Shown: positions 30,172-39,698 of the stretch, piece after piece
How the letters are laid out: every line of letters starts with the position of its first letter
Position numbering within the stretch: position 1 is the first letter of the stretch
DNA from: Candidatus Zhuqueibacterota bacterium
Lineage (GTDB): Bacteria; Zhuqueibacterota; Zhuqueibacteria; Oceanimicrobiales; Oceanimicrobiaceae
Direction: 5' to 3'
Assembly (NCBI GenBank): GCA_029262005.1
Contig: JAJDAG010000012.1
Span: 3,161-67,160, forward strand
Length of the DNA: 64,000 nucleotides
Position numbers and translations under genes: made by a program
Notes under the pieces: model-generated
What the model saw: the letters and a program-made list of their open reading frames with translations, nothing else
Told to the model about the DNA's origin: nothing
The model's database searches: none

Positions 30172-31161
30172 ATGAACTTTAATCACGGAAAGATCCACAG
30201 ATGTTTATTTCTCCTGATGGCCTTTCTTCTTATCGCCGGTTGCAATAGCGAAAGAAAAGTGCGGGTGATCAAGCTCGCCCATGTTCTGGATACGCAGCAT
30301 CCGGTGCACAAAGCCATGGTTTACATGGCCGACCGGGTGGTTGAAAAATCAAATGGGACCATGCGCGTTGACATTTATCCCGGCGGTCAACTCGGAGGGG
30401 AGCGCGACCTGATAGAGTTGCTGCAAATCGGTAGCCTGGCAATGACCAAAGTGTCCGCCGCTCCACTGGAAGCCTTTGTTCCGGAAATGAAATTATTTGG
30501 TATTCCCTATGTGTTTCGTGATGATGAACAGCGCTGGAAAGTACTGAACGGGGACATCGGGAAAAAACTTCTGCTTGCGGGCGAACCGTTTTTCCTGCGT
30601 GGTATGTGCTATTACGACGCCGGCAGCCGCAGTTTCTACACCAAAGAAATGCCCGTAAACACGCCGGTCGATTTAGAGGGTTTAAAAATCAGGGTGATGA
30701 AGAGTATAACAGCCGTGAAAATGGTGCAGGCTTTGGGGGGCGCCGCCACACCTATCCCATGGGGAGAGCTTTATACCTCGCTGCAACAAGGCGTTGTTGA
30801 TGGCGCTGAGAACAATCTCCCCACTTTCTACCTCTCGCGCCACTATGAAGTGTGCAAATATTTCAGTCTCGACGAACACACCGCCATTCCCGACATTTTG
30901 CTCATGAGCACAGTTGTCTGGAAAAGTCTCTCCAAACAGCAACAAATATGGTTGCAGGAGGCTGTGGACGAGTCGGTCGGGTACCAAAACAAATTGTGGC
31001 AGGAAGCCAGCGAAGAAGCGTTAAACGCGGTGCAAAAAGCCGGTGTTGAGGTCATCTATCCCGATAAGAGTCCGTTTCACGAATCGGTGAAAGAAATGCA
31101 TGACTCTTTTCGTGGCACGTCGATCCACCGCCTGCTCAATGAAATCAAAGATATCCAATAA
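30172..31161 (+). CDS. dctP: TRAP transporter solute-binding protein, DctP family (lipoprotein)
   Basis: IAGCNS lipobox; DctP-family blocks (VIKLAHVLDTQHPVHKA...YPGGQLGGERDLIELLQIGSLAMT). Confidence 0.8.
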   Translation: MNFNHGKIHRCLFLLMAFLLIAGCNSERKVRVIKLAHVLDTQHPVHKAMVYMADRVVEKSNGTMRVDIYPGGQLGGERDLIELLQIGSLAMTKVSAAPLEAFVPEMKLFGIPYVFRDDEQRWKVLNGDIGKKLLLAGEPFFLRGMCYYDAGSRSFYTKEMPVNTPVDLEGLKIRVMKSITAVKMVQALGGAATPIPWGELYTSLQQGVVDGAENNLPTFYLSRHYEVCKYFSLDEHTAIPDILLMSTVVWKSLSKQQQIWLQEAVDESVGYQNKLWQEASEEALNAVQKAGVEVIYPDKSPFHESVKEMHDSFRGTSIHRLLNEIKDIQ

Positions 31162-31171
31162 GCTCGTGGGA

Positions 31172-31690
31172 ATGAAAATGCAAAAATTAACCTATACAAT
31201 AACCCGAACACTGGAGATCATGCTGATCGTCCTCATGTCAGCCATCGTCATCGATGTCACCTGGCAGATTTTCACTCGTTTCATTTTACGCGATCCCAGC
31301 TCGTTTACCGAAGAGCTGGCGGGTTTCTTGCTGGTCTGGATTGGCCTGTTGGGCGCCAGCTATGCTCTGCACACACGGGCGCACCTGGGAATTGATATTT
31401 TAGTCGCCAAACTCGACGGCTTGAAAAAGCAGTTTGCAGAGGTTCTGGTCTATTCTGTGGTGCTGCTCTTTGCTCTGTTCATTCTTTTAATCGGCGGCTT
31501 GAAACTGGTAAAGCTCACTTATGTTCTCAACCAAATTTCACCGGCGATAGGCATTCCGATGTGGTATATCTACCTGGCCCTGCCACTCACAGGCATGCTG
31601 ATGATGTTTTATTCGCTGGTATTTATCGTTGATGCTTTGAAAAAATCATCTCCCTCCGATGGAAGGCCACACGTGAGTCCGGTTAATTAA
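31172..31690 (+). CDS. dctQ: TRAP transporter small permease, DctQ family
   Basis: 4-TM small protein between dctP and dctM; start placed at the first ATG after the dctP stop (31159-31161). Confidence 0.7.
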   Translation: MKMQKLTYTITRTLEIMLIVLMSAIVIDVTWQIFTRFILRDPSSFTEELAGFLLVWIGLLGASYALHTRAHLGIDILVAKLDGLKKQFAEVLVYSVVLLFALFILLIGGLKLVKLTYVLNQISPAIGIPMWYIYLALPLTGMLMMFYSLVFIVDALKKSSPSDGRPHVSPVN

Positions 31691-31708
31691 TCAAAAGGAA
31701 GGAAATGA

Positions 31709-33004
31709 GTGGAAACGTCTATTTTTATACTGATCATTAGTTTTGTTGTACTGTTAGCGCTCAATGTTCCCATCGCCATCAGTATCGGTGTGTCAACGGT
31801 ATTGACCATGCTGTTTACCATTGCCCCGGGCCCGGCCATTACGACGGTTGCGCAGCAGATGACCACGGGCATCAACAGTTTTACTTTGCTGGCCATCCCG
31901 TTTTTCATCCTCTCCGGATTGCTTATGGGCCGAGGAGGCATTGCCCGTCGTTTAATCGATTTTGCCAAAGTCGTTGTCGGAATGTTCCCCGGTGGCCTGG
32001 CTTACGTCAATGTCTTGGCCTGTATGTTTTTTGGCGCAATATCAGGTTCGGCAGTTGCCGCGACCTCCGCGATCGGCGGATTTATGATCCCTTCGATGAA
32101 TAAAGAAGGCTACGATGACGAGTTTAGCACGGCGGTTACCGTCACGGCTTCCACCACGGGATTGTTGATACCGCCGAGCAATATTCTCATTGTCTATTCG
32201 CTGGCAAGCGGCGGCGTTTCCATTGCCGCATTGTTCATTGCCGGTTACTTGCCCGGCTTGCTGGTTGGCATGGGTTTGATCGTTGTCGCAGCGATTACTT
32301 CCATTGTGAGAGGCTACCCGGTGGGTGCGAAAGCCGGTTTGCGCGAGTCGATGCTCAAGTTTTTGGCTGCCATTCCCAGCCTTTTGCTCATCATCATTGT
32401 TATTGGTGGCATCATTGCGGGCATTTTTACGGCCACGGAAGCCAGCGCGGTTGCGGTGCTCTATTCATTGTTCCTGGCTGTCGGCGTTTATCGTGAAGTC
32501 AAAATAAAGGAACTACCGGCGATTCTACTTAAGACAGTCGAAACCACGGCCATTGTGATGCTGCTCATCGGTACTTCAAAAGCGATGTCCTGGATTTTGT
32601 CTTATGAAAATATTCCACAAAATATCAGCACTGCGCTGGTTGGCTTGACCGACAATACCATTGTCATCCTGTTGCTCATCAATCTCATTTTGCTTGTTGT
32701 CGGCACTTTCATGGACATGACGCCCGCCGTCCTGATTTTCACGCCAATCCTGTTGCCGGTTGTGATGAAACTGGGTATGACGCCACTGCATTTTGGTATT
32801 ATGATGGTACTTAATCTTTCTATCGGCTTGTGTACGCCGCCTGTGGGCAGCGTACTATTTGTTGGCTGCGGAATCGGCAAAACGTCCATCGCAAAACTGA
32901 TCAGGCCTCTGGTTCCGCTTTATATCGCCATGCTGATTGCCCTCATGCTGGTGACTTACATTCCGGCAATCAGTCTTTGGCTGCCGGAACTTTTTGGTTA
33001 TTAA
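31709..33004 (+). CDS. dctM: TRAP transporter large permease, DctM family
   Basis: polytopic 431 aa; typical DctM N-terminus METSIFILIISFVVLLALNVPIAISIG and GxxSGS motifs. Confidence 0.85.
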   Translation: METSIFILIISFVVLLALNVPIAISIGVSTVLTMLFTIAPGPAITTVAQQMTTGINSFTLLAIPFFILSGLLMGRGGIARRLIDFAKVVVGMFPGGLAYVNVLACMFFGAISGSAVAATSAIGGFMIPSMNKEGYDDEFSTAVTVTASTTGLLIPPSNILIVYSLASGGVSIAALFIAGYLPGLLVGMGLIVVAAITSIVRGYPVGAKAGLRESMLKFLAAIPSLLLIIIVIGGIIAGIFTATEASAVAVLYSLFLAVGVYREVKIKELPAILLKTVETTAIVMLLIGTSKAMSWILSYENIPQNISTALVGLTDNTIVILLLINLILLVVGTFMDMTPAVLIFTPILLPVVMKLGMTPLHFGIMMVLNLSIGLCTPPVGSVLFVGCGIGKTSIAKLIRPLVPLYIAMLIALMLVTYIPAISLWLPELFGY

Positions 33005-33009
33005 TTAAC

Positions 33010-33040
33010 GAAGACTACTATTTTTGGTCTTCATTTTTGT
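33010..33040 (+). terminator. Rho-independent terminator after dctM
   Basis: GAAGAC-(11 nt)-GTCTTC stem followed by ATTTTTGT. Confidence 0.5.
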
Positions 33041-33077
33041 AAGAATCTAAGCGGTTTATTACTTGGGGTGTTGAAAG

Positions 33078-33884
33078 ATGAGAATAGTCATTCATAAAGA
33101 CAAGTACAGCCTGAGTAAGTGGGTTGCCTGTTACATTGCGCATAAAATAAATAGTCATAATGCTACTTCGCAAAAGCCATTTGTCCTTGGCCTTCCCACC
33201 GGCTCATCTCCATTGGAAACATACAAAGAGCTCATTCGCCTTCATAAAGATGGAAAAGTATCATTTAAAAATGTGATAACATTCAATATGGATGAATACG
33301 TTGGCCTGCCTGAAGATCATGATCAGAGTTACCACTATTTTATGTGGCATAATTTCTTTAATCATATCGATATTCCCTCCGAAAATGTAAATATTTTGGA
33401 TGGTATGGCGCCGGACCTTGAGAAAGAGTGCAAACAGTATGAAAAGAAAATTAGTCAGACCGGCGGCATTGATCTTTTTCTCGGAGGTATTGGCCCGGAC
33501 GGGCATATTGCCTTTAACGAACCTGGTTCCTCCCTGTCATCACGAACCAGAGTGAAAACCCTGACCTATGATACGAGAATGGCTAACTCTCGATTTTTTA
33601 AAGATATTGAAGAGGTGCCGAGTACCGCACTTACTGTTGGGGTAGGTACGGTTTTGGATACCCGCGAAATAGTAATCATTATCAGCGGATACAGTAAAGC
33701 CCGGGCACTGCAAAAGGTGGTTGAAGAAGGTGTTAACCACATGTGGACAGTTTCAGTAATGCAATTACATCAGAATTGCATCATAGCCTGTGATGATGAA
33801 TCGACAATGGAATTAAAAGTGGGTACAGTTAATTATTTCAAGAATATTGAAATGGAAAATATTAATAAATTATTAGACTTATAA
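33078..33884 (+). CDS. nagB: Glucosamine-6-phosphate deaminase
   Basis: near-collinear with E. coli NagB: [91 protein letters not shown]. Confidence 0.9.
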   Translation: MRIVIHKDKYSLSKWVACYIAHKINSHNATSQKPFVLGLPTGSSPLETYKELIRLHKDGKVSFKNVITFNMDEYVGLPEDHDQSYHYFMWHNFFNHIDIPSENVNILDGMAPDLEKECKQYEKKISQTGGIDLFLGGIGPDGHIAFNEPGSSLSSRTRVKTLTYDTRMANSRFFKDIEEVPSTALTVGVGTVLDTREIVIIISGYSKARALQKVVEEGVNHMWTVSVMQLHQNCIIACDDESTMELKVGTVNYFKNIEMENINKLLDL

Positions 33885-33939
33885 CAATATCAGCCTGAGT
33901 AATTCATAAATTTACAATTTAAGGTCAAACGTCAAGCAC

Positions 33940-34052
33940 CGGCTTGTCACTCAGGAGGAGTCCTGTTAGCTTGGCAAACTGCTGTTAGTTAACAAGATTC
34001 CTCCTGAATGACAAGGGTGCTGTGAATTATTCAGGTTAGATGATAAATGAGG
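33940..34052. promoter_or_regulatory. Conserved ~110-nt intergenic element, copy 2 (TTGTCACTCAGGAGG / CCTCCTGAATGACAA, identical 56-nt offset, then GGGTGCTGTGAATTATTCAGGTTAGA...AATGAG), 93 nt upstream of eda
   Basis: direct comparison with 23662-23774; same mismatch position in the stem in both copies. Confidence 0.5.
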
Positions 34053-34144
34053 ATGATCAGAGTCGCGCAATGCGGTACCGTAGCGATTGCACGGTTCCTT
34101 GCCGCTTCTGAGATTGCCTCTAAGCTTCAAATCCGGGAGAAAGA

Positions 34145-34807
34145 ATGAATCGTTCAGAAATCGTGCAAAGAATCATTCGGGAGGGTGTTGTTGCGGTCAT
34201 CCGCATGACGGATTCCGACAATTTTATACGGGTTGCCGAAGCCATTCATAAGGGTGGCGTATCGTCTCTTGAAATAACCATGACGACGCCGAATGCGCTC
34301 AAAGTTATCGAAGAATGTAACAATGTACTCGGGCAGAAAATGCTGATAGGGGTTGGCTCCGTTTTGGACGCAGAGACCGCAAGGCTGGCGATTTTGGCTG
34401 GCGCGCGGTATGTCGTGAGCCCGATTACGAAAGCAGAAATCATCCAGACGGCGCACAGGTATGATGTACCCGTAATGACGGGCGCATTCACACCGACAGA
34501 AATTCAGGTAGCCTCCGAATTCGGTGCAGATATTGTCAAAGTTTTTCCGGCAGATATTGTTGGAATGGCTTTTTTCAAGGCCGTGAAGGCTCCCATGCCA
34601 CATGTCAATCTCATGCCGACCGGAGGGGTTTCTCTCACCAACGCCGGTGACTGGTTGAAAGCTGGTGCCTGTGCTGTTGGTGTCGGTAGTGCACTACTTG
34701 ACAAGAAAGCAATTGCCGAAGGAAGATATGACATGTTAACAGAAAATGCAAAAATTATAGTGGGCAGTATCCTGGCGGGACGCAAAGCAACACAAGAGGG
34801 CAATTAA
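34145..34807 (+). CDS. eda: 2-dehydro-3-deoxy-phosphogluconate (KDPG) aldolase
   Basis: KDPG/KHG aldolase blocks: VVAVIRMTDSDN, SLEITMTTPNALKVIEE, IVKVFPA. Confidence 0.85.
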   Translation: MNRSEIVQRIIREGVVAVIRMTDSDNFIRVAEAIHKGGVSSLEITMTTPNALKVIEECNNVLGQKMLIGVGSVLDAETARLAILAGARYVVSPITKAEIIQTAHRYDVPVMTGAFTPTEIQVASEFGADIVKVFPADIVGMAFFKAVKAPMPHVNLMPTGGVSLTNAGDWLKAGACAVGVGSALLDKKAIAEGRYDMLTENAKIIVGSILAGRKATQEGN

Positions 34808-34808
34808 A

Positions 34809-35843
34809 ATGGCACATAAAGTTGTGACATTCGGAGAAATCATGTTGCGGTTATCGACACCGGCTTTTAGTCGTTTTGTTCAGGCACAGAGTTTTGACAT
34901 GACTTTCGGCGGCGGAGAGGCTAACGTTGCGGTTGCATTGGCAAATTATGGTTTGGACAGTTATTTCCTATGCAAATTACCGCAGCATGAAATTGGCCAG
35001 GCAGCGTTGAATCATTTACGCCGGTTTGGAGTTCAGTGCCGGTACGTAATTCGCGGCGGGGACCGCGTCGGTATATATTTCCTGGAAACCGGTGCCAGCC
35101 AAAGAGCTTCCAAAGTTATATACGATCGTGCCCATTCCGCTCTGAGTCAGATGCAAAAAGACGAGGTGAATTGGCAGGAAATATTTGATGGTGCTGCATG
35201 GTTTCACTGGACCGGCATTACCCCGGCGCTTGGTGCCAAAGCAAGAGAATGTGTCAAATGCGCATGCGAAGCTGCTAAGGAGGCAAACGTAACAATTAGT
35301 TGCGATTTGAATTTTCGAAAGAAGTTGTGGTCTGAACGCGAGGCTCAGGCTTTCATGCAACCGTTGATGGAATATGTGGATGTCTGCATTGCCAATGAAG
35401 AAGATGCCGAAAAGAGTTTGGGGTTGAAGGCAGGTGAATCCGACGTTGAATCCGCAGAACTTGAAGAACAATCCTATTTCGAAATGGCCAGGAGGCTGAA
35501 AAATAAATATGATTTTCAGGCTGTTGCCATTACGCTGCGCGAAAGTTTTTCAGCATCGAGGAATGGCTGGAGTGCTATTCTTTTGGATGACAGGGATTGC
35601 CCTGTACCCAGCAGATCCCGGCGGTATGACATCCAGCTCATTGACCGGGTCGGTGGAGGCGATGCTTTTGCAAGCGGTTTGATTTATGGATTGCTTGCCA
35701 ATGAGAATTCCAAGGAAGCTCTTGAATTTGCAGTTGCTGCATCGTGCCTAAAACAAACCATTCCCGGAGATTTCAATCTTGTCACTGTCGAGGAGGTCGA
35801 AAAACTGGCAACCGGCAGCGGGTCGGGAAGGGTAGAAAGGTAA
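34809..35843 (+). CDS. kdgK: 2-dehydro-3-deoxygluconokinase (PfkB/ribokinase family)
   Basis: VVTFGEIMLRL...GGGEANVAVALANYG (PfkB N-terminal motif); DRVGGGDAFASGLIYGL (C-terminal anion-hole motif); start 2 nt after eda stop. Confidence 0.8.
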   Translation: MAHKVVTFGEIMLRLSTPAFSRFVQAQSFDMTFGGGEANVAVALANYGLDSYFLCKLPQHEIGQAALNHLRRFGVQCRYVIRGGDRVGIYFLETGASQRASKVIYDRAHSALSQMQKDEVNWQEIFDGAAWFHWTGITPALGAKARECVKCACEAAKEANVTISCDLNFRKKLWSEREAQAFMQPLMEYVDVCIANEEDAEKSLGLKAGESDVESAELEEQSYFEMARRLKNKYDFQAVAITLRESFSASRNGWSAILLDDRDCPVPSRSRRYDIQLIDRVGGGDAFASGLIYGLLANENSKEALEFAVAASCLKQTIPGDFNLVTVEEVEKLATGSGSGRVER

Positions 35844-36138
35844 GGAAAACTCTAACGTCAAATTATCCGGGAGTTGGAGGTATTGAAGTAGAATTTGGAA
35901 AATGGTGAATTACCTGAAAAAGACAAGCGTAACAGGCCGGTCGAAGAAATAAAAACAGAGAATACAATGAAATATAACTTGCTATTTTATGCCTGTGGTT
36001 TATCGCAATTGTTGCAACCTTTCGCATTGAAGGAACCGGAGTTTTCACTTACCTCGGTCCATTATATGCGGTTTGTTGCATCGGCTCGGTTCTGATCCTT
36101 CGTCCGGCCAGGCATGCAACCCAAAATTAACATAGCAT

Positions 36139-36804
36139 CTACCCCAGGACCACTTGATATTCAAACAGCGCCTGCCCGCTCAGCCAGTACTTTTTCTCAA
36201 ATGCTGAAACCGGCTCTTCAATAGTCAATTGGCTGACAGGTGCGCTCACGCTCTTGGCCACTTTGACAGCCGCGGCAAATTCCTCAAGATAGAGTTTCCA
36301 GTTGCTGCGCAGGTGCAGTGTGCCACCCAGCGCCAGCAACTCTGGAAATACCGGGTGGCCGTGCCAACGCCGTTTGAACTGACGTTTTTTAGGCCATGGA
36401 TTGGGGTACAACAGGTAGTGATGTTGCAGGCGCCAGCCAGCCTGATTTGCCATCCGCCAGATATCGATAAGCTCAGCGCGAACCAACACAACATTTTTGT
36501 GAGCTTGCAGTTTGAAGTCGGCCTTAATTGTTCGCATCTCAGATTTGTCGATGCCAATCACCAAACAGTCCGGATGCTTTAGGCCTAGTAAAAACGTGCT
36601 ATCCCCGGTGCCGCAGCCGGAGTCAAAAATCAATGGTCCTTTGTGCCCCAACACACGATCGCGAATCCGTTGAAAAATTTCATGACTAACAGATTTGAAT
36701 GGCTGCCTGAACTCTGCATTTAAATGCCTTTGCACGACGGCCGCCAGATCTGGGTGTGTTTCAGTCTGATTGCTGGTAATTGTTTTAGAATTGGCTATCA
36801 TCAA
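36139..36804 (-). CDS. trmB: tRNA (guanine-N7)-methyltransferase-like SAM methyltransferase
   Basis: IFDSGCGTGDSTFLLG (SAM motif I) and LLYPNPWPKKRQFKRRW (compare TrmB FPDPWHKARHNKRR). Confidence 0.65.
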   Translation of the reverse strand: MMIANSKTITSNQTETHPDLAAVVQRHLNAEFRQPFKSVSHEIFQRIRDRVLGHKGPLIFDSGCGTGDSTFLLGLKHPDCLVIGIDKSEMRTIKADFKLQAHKNVVLVRAELIDIWRMANQAGWRLQHHYLLYPNPWPKKRQFKRRWHGHPVFPELLALGGTLHLRSNWKLYLEEFAAAVKVAKSVSAPVSQLTIEEPVSAFEKKYWLSGQALFEYQVVLG

Positions 36805-36806
36805 AT

Positions 36807-38069
36807 TTACCTGAATGAGACTGGTGGTGGTGATTTCAGCGCAACCCGTACAGAGTCCAGGCTGCCATCATTCGGGGCCGGATTAATACCCAGAATGTGC
36901 GTCATCAGCTCGTACAGATGAATATTTGACAACGATGGCATGACAAAACCTGTCTTAAATGCCGGTCCGTGCGCAACAAACAGTCCGCCCATGGACTGCA
37001 AGCCATTGTCATAGCCATGCGTGCCGCCATCAAACCTCGACTCTCGCCCGAGATAATAATCGTGACTGCTAATGGACCAACCTTCCGCGGCAATGGCAAT
37101 AATCGCTGGAATTCGTTCATGCTTACTGTAGTGAAAACGGGCCGGCATTTCTTGCTTGCGGTAAACTTGCATGTGCGGGTGCGCATTAACCAGCGCCGCA
37201 TAGACGCTATCTTCTTTTCCGGGCGCAGGGTTGATTGCCGCTAGCGGATCCCAATCCACCACTTGCACGGCGCTGAGACGAATGTAATCATCGAGAAAAA
37301 TAACGCGGTCGCGACTGATCGGTGCCATGCCATGATCAGATACAATTATCACATTGACTGAATCGAGGCATCCTCTCTGCCGCAAACCGTCTAGCAATAT
37401 TCCCAGGAGCTGGTCGATAGTCTCAATTGCCACAACCACCTCCGGTGACTCCGGATCGAAGTCATGGCCGGCATCGTCAAGAATACTGAAGTATGAAGTC
37501 AGAAATCCGGGGCGTTTGTCACCTGGCAAATCTAACCAGCGCAGCAACTGTTCAACGCGTGTTTCATTGGCAACGCTGCCATTATATTCATACCAATAAC
37601 TTGGAAGTTTTCCTTGAATTCGTGTGCTCGTCCCAGGCCAAAAGTAACTGGCCGCTCTAATATTCTGTTTTTCAGCGGTAACCCAAACCGGCTCACCGCC
37701 CCACCATACCGGATCATGAATGGCCTCGCTATTGCTCAAACCAAAGTATTTATCACGCAGTGGATCATACATGTTATTGGCAACAATGCCATGATTTTCC
37801 GGATACAACCCGGTAACAATGGAATAATGATTTGGGAAGGTTTTCGTGGGAAAACAGGGAATGAGCGACTCGGCCCGTACACCGTGCTCAATCAAGTAAT
37901 CCAGGTTAGGTGTGTTTGCTTTTTGGGTATAGTCCCAGCGAAACCCATCGACAGAAATCAAGATTATTGTTTCCGTATCTTTGGGGTTGACCGAATTGGT
38001 GCTGCAGGCCAAAAACACGGCTGCACAAGCGGAGAACACTGTAAATAATCGCAATATCCAAACTTCCAC
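36807..38069 (-). CDS. Ectonucleotide pyrophosphatase/phosphodiesterase (alkaline-phosphatase superfamily, type I phosphodiesterase) lipoprotein
   Basis: ILISVDGFRWDY...PTKTFPNHYSIVTGLYPENHGIV (catalytic Thr region); VIIVSDHGM. Confidence 0.8.
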   Translation of the reverse strand: MEVWILRLFTVFSACAAVFLACSTNSVNPKDTETIILISVDGFRWDYTQKANTPNLDYLIEHGVRAESLIPCFPTKTFPNHYSIVTGLYPENHGIVANNMYDPLRDKYFGLSNSEAIHDPVWWGGEPVWVTAEKQNIRAASYFWPGTSTRIQGKLPSYWYEYNGSVANETRVEQLLRWLDLPGDKRPGFLTSYFSILDDAGHDFDPESPEVVVAIETIDQLLGILLDGLRQRGCLDSVNVIIVSDHGMAPISRDRVIFLDDYIRLSAVQVVDWDPLAAINPAPGKEDSVYAALVNAHPHMQVYRKQEMPARFHYSKHERIPAIIAIAAEGWSISSHDYYLGRESRFDGGTHGYDNGLQSMGGLFVAHGPAFKTGFVMPSLSNIHLYELMTHILGINPAPNDGSLDSVRVALKSPPPVSFR

Positions 38070-38387
38070 TTTTGATAGAATTTTTCGGTTGGCAATACTT
38101 CAAGAAACGAAAGCTGCCATTTAATAGAAAGGAAAATCTTAGTGACAGACATTTTCAATATTGAGTAAATATCTTCTAAGAGTTTCTCAATAATTACAAA
38201 CATCTTTCCCAAATTTAACAAAATATGCTGATTTAGTTTGTCCTGGCGATTGGTTGCACTAGACCAATCTCATTAATAAACAAACCTTTAATACAAACCT
38301 TTTAATGAGACGCGGCGTGGTATGTCCCTTGCTATTGGTTTGTTCTAATTATTTTCAATTATTTCTCACCAAAAAAAGTATAGAATT

Positions 38388-39698
38388 ATGGAAACAGCAA
38401 CGCTTAATCCACGAGTCACAAAAAAGCACAACAAACATAGCCAGGGTGCTAAGCTGCAAACCGCGCAACCAGCCGGTGGTTTCTGGTATTTCCCGTGGCA
38501 ATATCGGCAAACGGTGGTGATCATGGTTTTGCTACTGCTCTCAGGTTGGCTCCTGGGGATTGTCACAGAGGGAAGCGGCCTGACGATTCCGCCATGGCCG
38601 ATGAACCTATACCTGCTCATTGGGTTTGCCCTCACACTAGCCCTCATGGCTCTCACGGCTGAGAACAACCGGGCCGTGGCCTGGCTGGCCAGCATCCCGG
38701 TTGCCATTTGCTCTATTGCTTTCATGGGGCTACTTTCTTTAATTGCCGGAATTTTGCCGCAAGATCCTGAGTTTGGCGGCACCTGGGTGCGACTCCTTGG
38801 TTTCAATTATGTTTTTACCAGTTGGCCATTTGCATTCAGCATTCTTTTTTTACTAAGCAATCTCGGCATTGCCGCCTTCAGGAGGTTGTACACTTTCAAG
38901 AGTCAAAATCTTCGTTTTGTTCTCAACCATGCAGGCTTGTGGATTGTAATCGCAGGCGGAACCATCGGCGCCAGCGACCTCCAACGTTTGCGAATTTATG
39001 TAAATGAAGGCGAAACAACCAGCCATGCCATGCGACAACAGCGGCAAGCAGTCAGCATGCCTTTTGACATTACTCTGCAAGACTTCCGCATGGAACTCTA
39101 TCCTCCGAAAATGACATTTGTTGACCGTCAGACCGGCTCCGTGCTTCTTGAAGGACCCGCAGCCAGCGTTGAAACAATAAAGGGCGCTTCTCTGAACATG
39201 AGCGGCTGGCAAGTGCAAGTGCTGAAATTCCTTCCCACTGCCATCTTTCGCAACGGCGGTTACGAAGCCTCTTCCGAAGTAGAGGCAGCGCCGGCCGCAC
39301 AAGTTCAATCCATTAACACCTACACTCGCGAAACGAAAACCGGGTGGATCAGCAGTGGCAGCAGCTTTGCCAGAGCCCGTTATTTTGAAGTGGGACATGC
39401 AGTTTTGGTCATGACAACACCGCAGCCTAAAAAATATCAGTCTGAAGTTATTTTGCGCGAGGCCGGCCGCGAGCGACATGAAACACTTGAAGTAAACAAA
39501 CCCATTGCCATTGCCGGTTGGAAACTGTACCAACTGTCTTATGATGAAAAATTAGGACAGTGGTCGAAACTCAGCATCATCGAGGCCATTCGTGATCCCT
39601 GGTTGCCTTTTGTCTATCTCGGGATTGCCATGCTGATGCTTGGCACGTTACAAATATTATGGTCCGGAACCAGAATAAGAGGAGTCAACGAATCATGA
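38388..39698 (+). CDS. ccsB: Cytochrome c biogenesis protein Ccs1/ResB-like (System II); the exact start is uncertain
   Basis: N-terminal TM helices, large periplasmic region, C-terminal TM; ATGA-overlapped with the following ccsA. Confidence 0.55.
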   Translation: METATLNPRVTKKHNKHSQGAKLQTAQPAGGFWYFPWQYRQTVVIMVLLLLSGWLLGIVTEGSGLTIPPWPMNLYLLIGFALTLALMALTAENNRAVAWLASIPVAICSIAFMGLLSLIAGILPQDPEFGGTWVRLLGFNYVFTSWPFAFSILFLLSNLGIAAFRRLYTFKSQNLRFVLNHAGLWIVIAGGTIGASDLQRLRIYVNEGETTSHAMRQQRQAVSMPFDITLQDFRMELYPPKMTFVDRQTGSVLLEGPAASVETIKGASLNMSGWQVQVLKFLPTAIFRNGGYEASSEVEAAPAAQVQSINTYTRETKTGWISSGSSFARARYFEVGHAVLVMTTPQPKKYQSEVILREAGRERHETLEVNKPIAIAGWKLYQLSYDEKLGQWSKLSIIEAIRDPWLPFVYLGIAMLMLGTLQILWSGTRIRGVNES

